Source: the human T2T-CHM13v2.0 reference genome, Homo sapiens. Taken from it: a stretch of DNA of 64,000 bases. Numbering within the stretch: the first letter of the stretch is position 1; each line of letters starts with the position of its first letter. A program made the translations under genes and the position numbers. The notes below the pieces were generated by a model. That model did no database searches. It was given only the letters and a program-made list of their open reading frames with translations, and was not told the origin of the DNA. Where the stretch lies: NCBI RefSeq assembly GCF_009914755.1, contig NC_060935.1; one strand, given 5' to 3'. Below, piece by piece: positions 41,307 to 57,290 of this stretch.

Positions 41307-42771
41307 AAAATTAACTTACCCATTGTATTGTCATTAAGTATATATAGATTCATGTTATCTTTATTTTATTAGCCTTATTAAGTGCTTTAAGTTCCATTTT
41401 TTTAAATGATTAAATTTTTGCTATTTTTTTACTTTGTTATTTTGGAATTTGTTTAAATTATCATTGTCAGCAAGTATATGAACAAAAATTTATACATATC
41501 TTTTTGCATTAAAAAGGACAAAGGCTCACTTTATAAATACACCACTTATATGGCTTCTGATAATATGCAAATTCATTTTTGCATATTTCATTTATTACAG
41601 ACTGGAAAATCATTTGTCAATAGTCACGTAAATTTTTATTGTGCTTATTATCTATTTGATTTGCTAAATATTAGTAAGAATCCACTCATCAATTCAATAT
41701 TTGTTCATATTTTTCTCTTTCTTTTTTTCTAGATTGTTTCGTTGACCATCATTTAAGGCTCACCGTTAGTCATTTGTTTTTAATTATGCCCACTTTTGTT
41801 ATTTTAAATTTGTCTCTCTCTGATACTATCATTAAATGACTTTCAGTTATACTTTGAAAGAATGTCCCTAAATGCCATATGTTTTTATGGCATTCCTGTT
41901 AGATCAAAAGATATTTATTTTTCTTTCAAAATTAGATTTGGTTGATGTAAAAAATTTACCTACTTGATGGGAAATATTCTTTATGACATTTAGTAGAAAT
42001 AAAAAAGAGAAACGCAAATATTTTCTTTGTAATATAGTTTTATATTTTCATAATAACAAAACATATTATTTCTTGTGATCTAACTTTATATTCCCCATGT
42101 AGTAAATATAAATTGTAAATTAAAATATAATAAAACAGAAATCTTCTGAATTCTTGCCAGTATGAAGAAGCCAATATTCTCTTCTGATGCATATCCTCCT
42201 AGACACTGCTAATATGCAAACATCCCATTCCTAATATGCACATGTAAAATGCTATATGAAATTATAGTTGCTATTATTATTGGTTTTACAAAAATGATGT
42301 TATATTTTTTAAGTACATATGCATTCTTACATATTAGGGAAGTAGGAATTTCTTCAATTGAGCAGTTCTGAGACATTATCTTGAGAGGCTGTGCATTACT
42401 GTAAGGTAAAGATGTACTCCAGTGTCTTCATATACTCTGAGAGTGACTTCCCTTTACTCCCAAATTTGTTTTGCATCAATAAAACAAATTTCGTTATAAA
42501 AGTTTTTGAAAAAAAACGTTTGTAATAACTATTGAAAATATATTACCTCTACAAGATCAAATTTCATTGATTTAGCTTGTAAAGTAAGAAGAATATATAT
42601 ATATATATATATATATTTTTTTAAACAGAAGTCAATTTACTGCCCAAAATGCATGCAACAATTGAAGGGTAGGGTGGAATGGCATATCAGCTGAATCAGC
42701 TGAGGCAAGGTGGAATACAGAATTCATTCCAGATATTCAAATAAAAAACTTAAATAAGAGGACAATTTGTG

Positions 42772-43242
42772 TGATATATTATTTCCCCTGGTTTATCTTA
42801 ACAACTTACTGCAAATTGGGTGGCTTAAGGCAATAGCAGATTAGTCACTCATCAGTTCTCTAGGCTCCTCCAAAATCACAACGTTGGCAGGAACTCACTT
42901 CCTTCAAAGGCTTTAAGGATGACTCATTCCTTGCCCCTTTTTGTTTTGGTGAATCTTGACCATCTTTGGTTTGTGGTTGAATCATTCCAGTCTCTGCCTT
43001 CACCTTTACATGATGTCCTTCTCTGTTTCTCTGCACCTTTTTTCCCCTCAAACTTCTTCTGCCTCTTTGTCTTTTATAATAACACTTGTCGTTGGACTTC
43101 ATGTGCAACCTAAATCATGGTACTTTCATTTACAATCTTTAGCTTCACTATAGCTGAAAGTCTTTGTTTTTCTAAATAAGATTAAATTTGAAGGTTCTAG
43201 TTGGAGATTTCTATTTTGAGGGTCCAACATTCAACCCAACAC
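42772..43242 (-). mobile_element. MLT1B/C-like LTR
   Basis: 'tgggtggcttaaggcaa...tctctgccttcacctttacatg...attcaacccaaca'. Confidence 0.75.
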
Positions 43243-43878
43243 ACATAGGTAAGGCTAGTTTAGGATGAAAACTAAATATTAACAAAGCAAGACCTGAAGC
43301 TACAAGGAAAGAAAATATGTTATCAGAGACGAGTAAGATGTAGGCAGTTAGAGGAATAAACATTCTCAGGATATTTAGATTTAAAAATATATGGACAAAG
43401 ATATGAGAAACAAGTAGGGTAAAATGCAAAGAAAATCCCATATCCTTTGTTTCCACCATCTTAGCTATTTTTGGTGTTTCTAATCAGTTAAATCCAAACC
43501 CAAGGGTCAGAGAAAGGTGGTAAATACATCTGAAGGAATGGGAAGGTGAAAGAAGATGTATTACAGAGCCTGATCCTAACCCCTAATTATATGACTCACT
43601 CAGTTATTTTTCATTTTATTGCTCAGGTGGTCTCTTAATCAACAGTTAACCATTGATCTTCAGAATGAGATCTTGGCACCTTAGTTAAATTGTGCTCCAA
43701 CTGCACAGTAGCACATAACTATATTCTGTGAATAAAACACCCCTTGACATAATGTAAGTTTGTATTTAAATTTCAGTACTCATTATTGAATACCATAGGG
43801 ACAAAGTTAAAAAAAAATTCACTGAAGCCACATGACAAACCTATAAAGAAATTATTTCTGTAATTTCAAGTCTTCATC

Positions 43879-44784
43879 TCATGTTAATAACTTAGCTAGT
43901 AATTTTCTCAATGCCACCATGATATCTTTGTTCCTCAGGGTATATATAATAGGATTCAAAGTTGGAATCAGAATGGTGTAGAAAAGAGAAATCAGTTTCC
44001 CCATCCTTTGAAACTGATGTGGTTTGGGCTGTAAATAAGTGATAGTACCTGCTCCAAAGAATAAGATTACAACTATTAGGTGAGATGAGCAGGTGGAGAA
44101 GGCTTTAGCCTTTCCTCTGGCTGATGACAATTTCAAAATGTTGGAGATAATTTTGCCATAAGAGACAACAATCAACAGAAATGGCACCGTGATAAACACC
44201 ACCGCTACTACATGGACTGTTATCTCATTCACAAATATGTTTCCACAAGCAAGCTTGAGTATTGGCGGGATGTCACAAAAGAAATGATTAATTGTGTTAG
44301 TTCCGCAAAAGGGCAAAAGGAAAATTTGGCATGTTTCCCCAATTACTACAGGAATTGTGATGGTCCAGGAAGCTATTATCAGCTGAATGCAGACTTTGTG
44401 GTTCATCACTAGAGGATACTGCAAAGGCTTACAAATAGCCACGTAGCGGTCATAGGCCATCACTGTCAGAAGGAGACACTCCGTGCCTCCAAGCATAAGA
44501 AAAAAACACATTTGTGTAGCACAAGCAAACAAAGAAATATTTCCTTTCTGAGTCCAAATGTCCATGAGCATTCTTGGGATAATGATTGTTACATAACAGA
44601 TTTCCAAAAGGGAAAAATTGCTAAGAAAAAAATACATGGGAGTCTGGAGAGCGGGGTGAATTTTTATTAGTAGTATTATGATGCCATTGCACATCAGGAT
44701 CATCAAATACATAAGTAAAAATATACTAAAAAGCATCCAGTGGAGATTGGGAATATCAGAAAACCCCAAAAGAACAAATTCCAT
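43879..44784 (-). CDS. OR10AG1: Olfactory receptor 10AG1, main coding exon (301 aa from first in-frame ATG 44784; reading frame is open further upstream past the acceptor at 44828)
   Basis: [54 protein letters not shown]; the track start at 44796 is a GTG. Confidence 0.95.
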   Translation of the reverse strand: MEFVLLGFSDIPNLHWMLFSIFLLMYLMILMCNGIIILLIKIHPALQTPMYFFLSNFSLLEICYVTIIIPRMLMDIWTQKGNISLFACATQMCFFLMLGGTECLLLTVMAYDRYVAICKPLQYPLVMNHKVCIQLIIASWTITIPVVIGETCQIFLLPFCGTNTINHFFCDIPPILKLACGNIFVNEITVHVVAVVFITVPFLLIVVSYGKIISNILKLSSARGKAKAFSTCSSHLIVVILFFGAGTITYLQPKPHQFQRMGKLISLFYTILIPTLNPIIYTLRNKDIMVALRKLLAKLLT

Positions 44785-46212
44785 TATTGTAGTCACATTT
44801 GATTTTTCTCTTTTAGTTTGCTCTCCATCTGCAGATATAGCAAATTCAAGACAGTTAATTCATCCATATTTTGAACAATATTTTCCTCTTGGGTTAACTA
44901 AATGAGATACAGGAATATACTTACTTAAGCTCTTAAGTCATTTTCACCAGTACTTGCTCTGTTTCTAGATAATAAACTGATTTAGCATTAAAATCAATTT
45001 AAGAAATGAAACCTCAATATATTTTATTATACTGGGATATAATGCAACCAGAGGCATTGAGAAGCATGCATTGTTGTTTAGAAAATATTATGGAGGAATA
45101 ACATCTTATTATTTCACACTTAAGAGTAGAGTTATAGTGTAGGCTTTTACTATTTCATCTGAGAATATCATTTTTCTTTGTATTGGTAGTCATATTCCAG
45201 TTTTTTTAATTCAAAATGTTGCCCTTGAATATTACGATTAATTCATACTCAAAATGAATTTTAAACTTTTCCTTTTATGCACCAGTGAGAATCAATTATC
45301 TTAAACAATTTCTTGGTTACTGAGAGACTAAATACATGCATTATTGTTGCTCTACTTCATGTCTCTCTCCTATTATTTATGCTAAATATAAAAACACTAA
45401 TACCAGTAGGCAGTTTATTGACTTCCCCTGTTATTGCCCTGAATACAGTGAATGCTAAATAGTAATTAAATTATAACTTAATCAAGATGTAGAAATTCAT
45501 CACAATTTTTTTTACATTTCTTTTTTTTATCTAAGTGAATTTCTCCATTGTCATATAACCAAATACAGTTCCTTTCAACCAAATACAATTCCTTCTCTCT
45601 ATTTTCCCTTCATCCTGTTGCCTTATTAAAGTAAAATTCTTTGATTAAACCCAGCTAACATTTACTCTGGCCATCTAAGTGGCCAGAGCATATAAATGGG
45701 ACCAAAAAATTAAACAAAACAAAACAAAAACACACTGTCTTGCTTCACTTCATGTCAATGTCATCCAATATGAGGAAATCACTGCTTGTCAATTCCCATT
45801 ACACTTGCTTAACGTTTGTTCTCCAACTTTCTAAACAAATTCTTTTTTTCTGTGTCTTCAAATCTGCTGCACCTATACCTATTTTAGCCCGGTCAGCCAA
45901 TGCATTTGACTTAATACGTTGATAAATGAAAGTGATCAGACAAATACTATCTCATATTTATACATTTCTATTAGTACTAGTTTTCAAAATTGCCTTAAAT
46001 GACTTTTCATCACTAATGCAATTTTACCATTATTGGACATCTAATTTTATTTAACTTTGTAGTGAAGAGATACATGATTTAAATGTTAAATAATTAATTT
46101 TCAGATAAAGGTCTCAAAATTTCATGCTTTTCTGTTTTATTAGTTGCATTTCTATCCACAAACTTGTAACTATTCTTAAATAAAATAGTCTGTCAACCCA
46201 ATTATGGCTTAC

Positions 46213-46228
46213 CTTTAGGGATTTGCAT
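46213..46228 (-). CDS. OR10AG1: Predicted upstream coding part of a 5' exon of OR10AG1 (MQIPK + phase 1)
   Basis: ATG CAA ATC CCT AAA G|GTAAGC; phase 1 fits acceptor CTGCAG|AT at 44828, giving a 321-aa ORF containing N-V-T. Confidence 0.65.
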
Positions 46229-46864
46229 GAAGCTGTCTGTACAGACTTTTTAAGCTCTTCCTTTTCTCGGGAACTGTAATTTTGCAATACGCTTGCTTGT
46301 TTCAAACAGCAACAGCTCTTATATAGGAATAGTCAGACTCAACCTGGGATGTGTCTTCTCTTGAGTATCAGTTTAATTTCTAGAAGGCTGCTTCTGTTTG
46401 TCAATCATTCTGATTCATTTTTCAAAACTACTTTAAGTAAACTTATCCTCCTCTTCATCTCCTCATGAGGGGAGTTAATTAAATACCATTTAGTTGTCTA
46501 GTATTACTTTCAGGAAAAAGTTAAAAATTTTCCAACTGTGTATTTGAGGCCCCTAATACTTAGTGTGGATTTGTCTGCCTTACTTCTATTCCAATAATTT
46601 ATCCAGATCCAAATTAACTAGACCTTTAAAAAATATATCATGTGTTTAATCACACGAACATGATATGCTTGATGTCTTCGACATATTGAACGGTGAGATT
46701 CTTTTTCAGATGTGGAACCCTCTGTTCCTAGGTTAACTTTTTTTGTGGATATTAAAACATGTTAATTCTGCTGAGAAAATCTATCTATACATTTATTTCA
46801 TTCTGTGTTGTCTATAAGGCACCAGGGAAATGTATCCAGCTGATTGAAAATGTAATATACCACT

Positions 46865-48880
<2,016 letters not shown>

Positions 48881-50829
48881 TAATGCAAGCCACTTCAAAA
48901 ATAAACATTTTAAACTAGATTATTTAAAACAGAAGGAAAAGAAGAAACTTTTCAACATCCTTTCCCTATTGCAGCTACTTCCGGGTGTGTATGGTGATGT
49001 TTCTCAGGCATAAAATCAGGAGCACCAAATCTACTTCTATGTGGAGTTACATTTGTTTCTTCTTGTTTGGTGTTCTATGACCATTTGACAGTGTGTTTCT
49101 AAAACCAACTTCCTCTATGCATGCTAAATCTGCTTCTCTATACCACAGCATGCCTCTCCTACATTGTTCCTCTGTACTCTTTATTATCACTGATTTGGTA
49201 TGTCCAAAGAGGGCTTTCTTCATTTCCATCTACAATTGAAAATGGTACTCATGATTTTCCAGAAACTTTCCATTACCAGGTTGGGACAAGCTGAATGTCC
49301 ATTTTCCACTGGAGTACACTGGTGTATTATGAAAAAGGAGAATTGGATAAATTGGGTATTTCATAATTCATTTAAATACCACAGTGACCTGAACAAGTCT
49401 AAAACCTGAAACATTACCACAGATATATCAACGCCTTATCAAAATAAAGAAGTATCTTACATTCATATCATAGTGCAATGTGGTGGTTAGTAATTAAAAA
49501 ACTCTATTTCCTTCCATCTGATAGTCCTATTGTTCCCTAGGTCATCTTTGTAGTTCTCTATTGGACCACGAGCATTCAGAGAGCTGAGAACCAAGTATGG
49601 ACAGAGCATAAGGAAAGAAACTCCCTCTAAAGAGTCTCAGCACATGATAGATGCGTCATTTCCACACATATGCTATTGTAGAAACTATTAACATGATCTA
49701 ACTTAAATGTGAGAGGGCTAGGGGATGTTGTATTACTGTAGGTCAAAAAAACAAAACGATTTTTGGAGAACATCAAGGCAGATTCCACCCCAGGGTATTT
49801 CACTCTTTCTCCCAAATATAGAAGGTATTTCCCCAATGCCATAACGTTCAGCCCTAAAAATTTATGATCTATGATTATTACCCATTTCTCTATATTAGGT
49901 ATGGGTGATCTCCTTCAGTTTAAGAGACCAATGAATAAAAAATGGAAATATTTCTTCCACTACACACTCAGTATACAGTGACATTGGAGTGGAACATGCT
50001 GATGCTTTTTTTTTTTTTTTTTTGGAGAGACAGCTGTCACTATTTCTCTGGGTAGAATCTTAAGGACACTTACCCTGCATACAAATAGATTCCTTTATTA
50101 ATTTTTCTTCTAAACGCTTGGTTCCACTCTACCTTGTTTACCTCTTTTGCAGTGGCATCTAAAGGAGATTTGAACAATCCCAGTCTCCTTGCACCCTGCT
50201 CAGATTTGCATCTCAATTAATGGTGAAGCAGGTCTGAGGACCTGGAATTTATTTACAGATCGAAGAGTCAAAGATTTAGTAATCTTGACCTTGTGATGTT
50301 TTTGGCTGTAACATTTTCTTGGAAATTAAAAAAAAAAAAACTCTCATTTAATTACTGCACAACAATCCCTGTGACAAATTTTTCTGAAATATAGATTTTA
50401 AATATCCTAGTACCCTCATGCCTCTCTGTTTCAAGTTAAAGCTGGCTAATTGGTAGCTCTCTGAGATTTTAGGCATCACTTAGAGCATCAATTTATTTAT
50501 TATCTAACTCTGACAATTTTGAAAGTAAATGGAGAAACTAAAATTGACATATTATATTGTGAAACCTGTATTTAAAAGCAAGTTTCAAATGCAACATAGC
50601 ATGTGATAACTTGAATACATTTATATTTATGTTTAAATGTTAAAATTTACAACACAATAATTATTCCTGATATTTGTCCATGTATTTTAGTTGTTTTATA
50701 AAAATATATTTGCATCTTATATTAATACAATGTAATTATTATTTTTAATATGGTCTTACTCTTATATTAACAATGTTACTGAAGCATAATTTTCAGAAAA
50801 TAAACTACATACTTTAAAATATATTTAAT

Positions 50830-52605
<1,776 letters not shown>

Positions 52606-52609
52606 TGCA

Positions 52610-53086
52610 TATTTTTCTAATTGATATATAATATACATATTTATGAGCTGTATGTGGTATTTTCATACATGGATACATTGTGTAACTATCACATCCAGTG
52701 TAATTGGGATATTCATCACCTGAAACTATTATCATTTATTTGTGTTGGCATTATCCTAACACTTCTCCTCCAGCTATTTTGAAATATACAACATATTATT
52801 TTTAACTGTAGTTGCCCTAATGGGCTATCAAGCACTAGAACTTATTCCTTCTATCTCTCTGTATTTTTGTACCCATAAGCCAAACGCTCCTCATGCTCCC
52901 TTCCTCCCATCCCATCCCAGCATTTGGCAACCACCATTCTATTCTTTACTTCCATGGAATCAAAATTTTTTAGCTTTACATATGAGTGAGATAATGCAAC
53001 ATTTGTCTCCTTGTGTCTGGCTTAGTTCAGTTAACATAACAACGTCCAGTTTCATCAATTTTTCTGCAAATGACAGGATTTCATTC
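52610..53086 (-). mobile_element. L1MA 3' UTR fragment, cut at a rearrangement junction
   Basis: Typical L1MA 3' end; stops at 'gacaggatttcattc'. Confidence 0.75.
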
Positions 53087-53275
53087 CCCATCCCATCCCT
53101 TTTCTTCCTAGCCTCTGCTTCTGTGGAAATCAAGTTTCTCCAGCAACATTTATTAAAAAGGCTGCTTTTCCCACCAATGAACTTTCTTGGCACTCATGTT
53201 AAAAATCAGTTGAACATATACGTGAGAAGTTATTTATGGCTCAAAAACAAACAACAACAGAAAAAATATAGCATG

Positions 53276-53580
53276 GGCTGGGCCCAGTGGCTGATGCCTG
53301 TAATCCCAGCACTTTGGGAGGCCAAGGCGGGCCGATCACTTGAAGTTGGGAGTTCAAGACCAGCCTGACCCAACAGGGAGAAACCTCATCTCTACTAAAA
53401 ATACAAAATTAGCTGAGCATGGTGTCGCATGCCTATAATCCCAGCTACTCAGGAGGCTGAGGCAGTAGAATTGCTTGAACCCAGGAGGCAGAGATTGTGG
53501 TGAGCTGAGATCACACTCATTGTACTTCAGCCTTGGCAACAAGAGGGAAACTCTATCTCAAAAAAAAAAAAAAAAAAAAA
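53276..53580 (+). mobile_element. AluS (Sp-like)
   Basis: Alu consensus, polyA, short TSD ending AGCATG. Confidence 0.92.
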
Positions 53581-53744
53581 GCATGATTTCAGGAGTCCCA
53601 ATTTAGCCTCAAAATGAAGAGTATAGAAGGGTGTGATTGGAGCAGAAAGATAATAGCTTAAAAACCAGCATAATGAGAAAGTTAAAAGCTTCTTTCCAAG
53701 CCATCGGGAAATATGCAGTAAATTCTTGTGAACTAAAATTTCTG

Positions 53745-54365
<621 letters not shown>

Positions 54366-54707
54366 CTTAATTGAAACAAGTTTTTAAACAACAAATACGT
54401 TTAAAATGTACCAGAATGTGAAATTTTAGGGATACCCTGACGATTTTATTCTTTTTTAGTTCCCATCTTATGTACGTACAAGTGTGAAAAAACAGCAATC
54501 AATGTGTGTATAAATCTATAACTTCAACAAATGTAAAATGAAAATGCTAAATGGTAAGAAAAAACAGCATAAGAAAAATTTGTATGGTGTTGAAGGGCAA
54601 TGCATTTGAAGATAATATTTGAAGAAATCATGTTACATTTAACTTCTGTTCTTACTCATTGGAGCTTGATCCCTCTAGGAACTTTATCATTGGAACCATC
54701 TCTGGTG

Positions 54708-54711
<4 letters not shown>

Positions 54712-54755
<44 letters not shown>
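54712..54755. repeat. A44 homopolymer inside a MER5-like remnant (about 54690-54870)
   Basis: Directly counted; flank 'aatcagaatctc...aagctccccaggtgatt' is MER5-like. Confidence 0.85.
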
Positions 54756-54759
<4 letters not shown>

Positions 54760-55477
54760 CGTACCCACACAGGTGCAAGTAAATCAGAATCTCAGGTGAT
54801 GAGACACAGGCCTCATCATTTGTAAGCTCCCCAGGTGATTTCAATCAAAGCCAAGATTGAAGACCGGTGACATGGATCTCTACACATAACCTGCCTAAAT
54901 AGATTCCATAGAAGTAGTCTCTAAAGAGATTCCACATGAACTCAGGAAGAGGATGTGAATTTGATGTACAGTATGTCCTCACTGAACGTCTTTGATACTG
55001 TCTTGGAAACTGAATCTTTAAGCAAAATTATGTATAGTGAAACCAATTTATTCCTCATCAACGTTATAAGTAAACAACTTTGAACAAAACAGTGGTGTTG
55101 GAGGACCTACTGTACATTGTTTCCATAAAGTCAATTTTCAGGCAAACACAAAATGAAGTCAGGACTTCCTGTATATGAAAAGATGGTTGTGATTTCACCT
55201 GGAAAACAGGTTTATTGCTCAGAAACTAAAGGAGGCCACCTAGGTAGAGAGGATTCAGTCGTGATGTTTACGCTAAACAAAGGATCCCAGAATACTCATC
55301 ATTCCAGTTAAAGGCATAACAAAGAAGACAATATTCACATAGGAAATGTGGAAAGGAATAAAAGCCATCAAGCAACAAAAATAATGTGACCAAGGGGGTA
55401 GGATTTGCAGATGTAGAGATTTAATGTGCTTGCCCTTTCTAACGCACACAAGAAAAAGGATGGAACAGATCATGAGA

Positions 55478-56410
55478 TTAGACTGTTCTGCTGTGCAGCC
55501 TCCACAGGGCACTTTGAATGTCCCTGTTTCTCAGGCTGCAGATGAAGGGGTTCAGCATGGGGGTGACCACCACAGCGTACATTACTGACGCCACCACATC
55601 ATTCCTGGGGGATGATGACACAGCGGAAGTCAGGTACACGCCAATGCCTGTTCCATAAAATAAGCAAACAACTGCCAGGCGAGAGCCTCAGGTGGAGAAG
55701 GCTTTATAATTCCCATCTGAGGATGGAATTCTTAGAATGGGGAAGACAACTGTATAGTAACACAAAAGGATCCCTGAAATGCGAAGAAAACCAAATATAG
55801 TACTATCTAAATATATGTATATGTTATTGATGTCACTGTCAGAACAGGCAAGGTTGAGACGTTGAAACGGGTCACAGAAAAAATTAGAGATTTCCACATT
55901 CTTGAAGCAGATGAATTGTAACACAATCAAATTGTGCAGCTGGGAATCCAACAGGCTAAGGAAAAAAGGCACCAAAACTAATAAGACACAGAGGTGAGGA
56001 TTCATGATGCCTGGGTAGTTCAGGGGGTGACAGATGGCCACAAACCAGTCATAGGCCATCACAGTCAGGATCATGTCATCCTTACATGCAAAAAGGACAA
56101 AGAAAGACATCTGTGTCAGGCAGTCCCCATGGTAGATGACTCTGCTATGCGATTGCATCTCCTCAATCATCTTGGGGACCGTGGCCGAGGTGAAACCGAT
56201 GTCAGGCAAGGACAGGTTGGAGAGGAAGAAGTACATGGGGGTGTCGAGGTGGGAGTCAGAGCCGATGGCCAGGATAATGAGCAGGTTCCCCAGCACCGTG
56301 ACCAGGTACATGGACAGGAAGAGCCCAGCGAGGATGGGCTGCAGTTCTGGATCCTCTGAGAGTCCCAGGAGGAGGAATTCTGAGACAGCTGTGAGATTCT
56401 GTGGCTCTGT
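55478..56410 (-). pseudogene. OR7E5P: OR7E subfamily pseudogene
   Basis: Frame TEPQNLTAVSEFLLLGLSEDPELQP...[27 protein letters not shown](TGA 55688-55690), [16 protein letters not shown] 55478; ACA at the usual Met position. Symbol from recalled gene order. Confidence 0.9.
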
Positions 56411-57071
56411 GTCACTTGGACACCATGAGAAGAAAAGAGGATTGGAAAATTAAAAGATAAAAACCAGCACTTAATGCTGTGTGTGTATTTTGGATACAAG
56501 CAATTCACAAGGAACATTTTCACACTTGAGGACCACACACCCTCAGCAATATTTCTCCGTTGTGACAAACCCAAAAATCTCAGAATTATTACATAATTTA
56601 CTTTTTTGCTATTCAACTCTTTCTGTACATACCTACTTTAGAGAAAAGCCACTGACCAATGTTAGAAGATCAAAATGTAATATATAACAAATCCATGATC
56701 TCAGTAAAATATGGCCTATTCTTTTCAGAAAAAATAAAAATAAATAAAATGTTCTTCTCTCTTTAAGAAAAAAAAACTCAATCTAATTGAAAGAAATTAA
56801 GAAGCAGTGAAACACACTTTATTTTATTCTGACACTGTGCTACAAATTCCTTTGATGTAGAATATTTATAAGCACTATACAAGAGCTAGGACTGCATTAT
56901 CTAAAAACTAAATCAAACCTTACAGTTTTTAATCAGAAGATCTTTTTACGTGCTGGTTACTTTTCATATTTATTATCATCCTTAGGTTTTCTGACATCAT
57001 TTCTTCATAAAAGTAAATGCACGGTCAAATATGGGAGCTGTGTTTCCGGATTCATTAAATGTATAACTCTT

Positions 57072-57290
57072 GGCCGGGTGCGATGGCTCACACCTGTAAT
57101 CCCAGCACTTTGGGAGGCTGAGGGTGATGGATCATCGGAGGTCAGGAGTTCCAGACCAGCCTGGCCAACATGGTGAAACCCCGTCTCCAGTGACAATACA
57201 AAATTAGCCAGGCATGGTGGCGGGCACCTGTAACCCCAGCTACTCATGAGGCTGAAACAGGAGAATCCCTTAGAACCTGGGAAGCAGAGT
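57072..57290 (+). mobile_element. AluS, 3'-truncated at the satellite
   Basis: Alu stops at 'gaacctgggaagcagagttg' with no polyA or TSD. Confidence 0.9.

Noticed and set aside
44785-44796. Track start 'MTTI' for OR10AG1 (305 aa)
   Set aside because: The codon is GTG, not ATG, and would still exclude the sequon Asn.
44919-44950. GTAAGT donor 95 nt upstream of the OR10AG1 acceptor
   Set aside because: The nearby ATG is followed by ACT TAA, so it cannot supply a start.
46320-46485. O/E (EBF) and homeodomain-like OR promoter motifs, also at about 38185
   Set aside because: Imperfect short matches expected by chance in AT-rich DNA; cannot be supported without conservation or ChIP data.
52820-53368. 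182-aa ORF and the many 60-135 aa ORFs elsewhere
   Set aside because: They span L1, Alu or LTR sequence or are antisense to ORs; no protein-family motifs.
54712-54755. A44 as the tail of a retrocopy
   Set aside because: No upstream element body or TSD; lies in the A-rich part of a MER5-like remnant, so slippage expansion is more likely.
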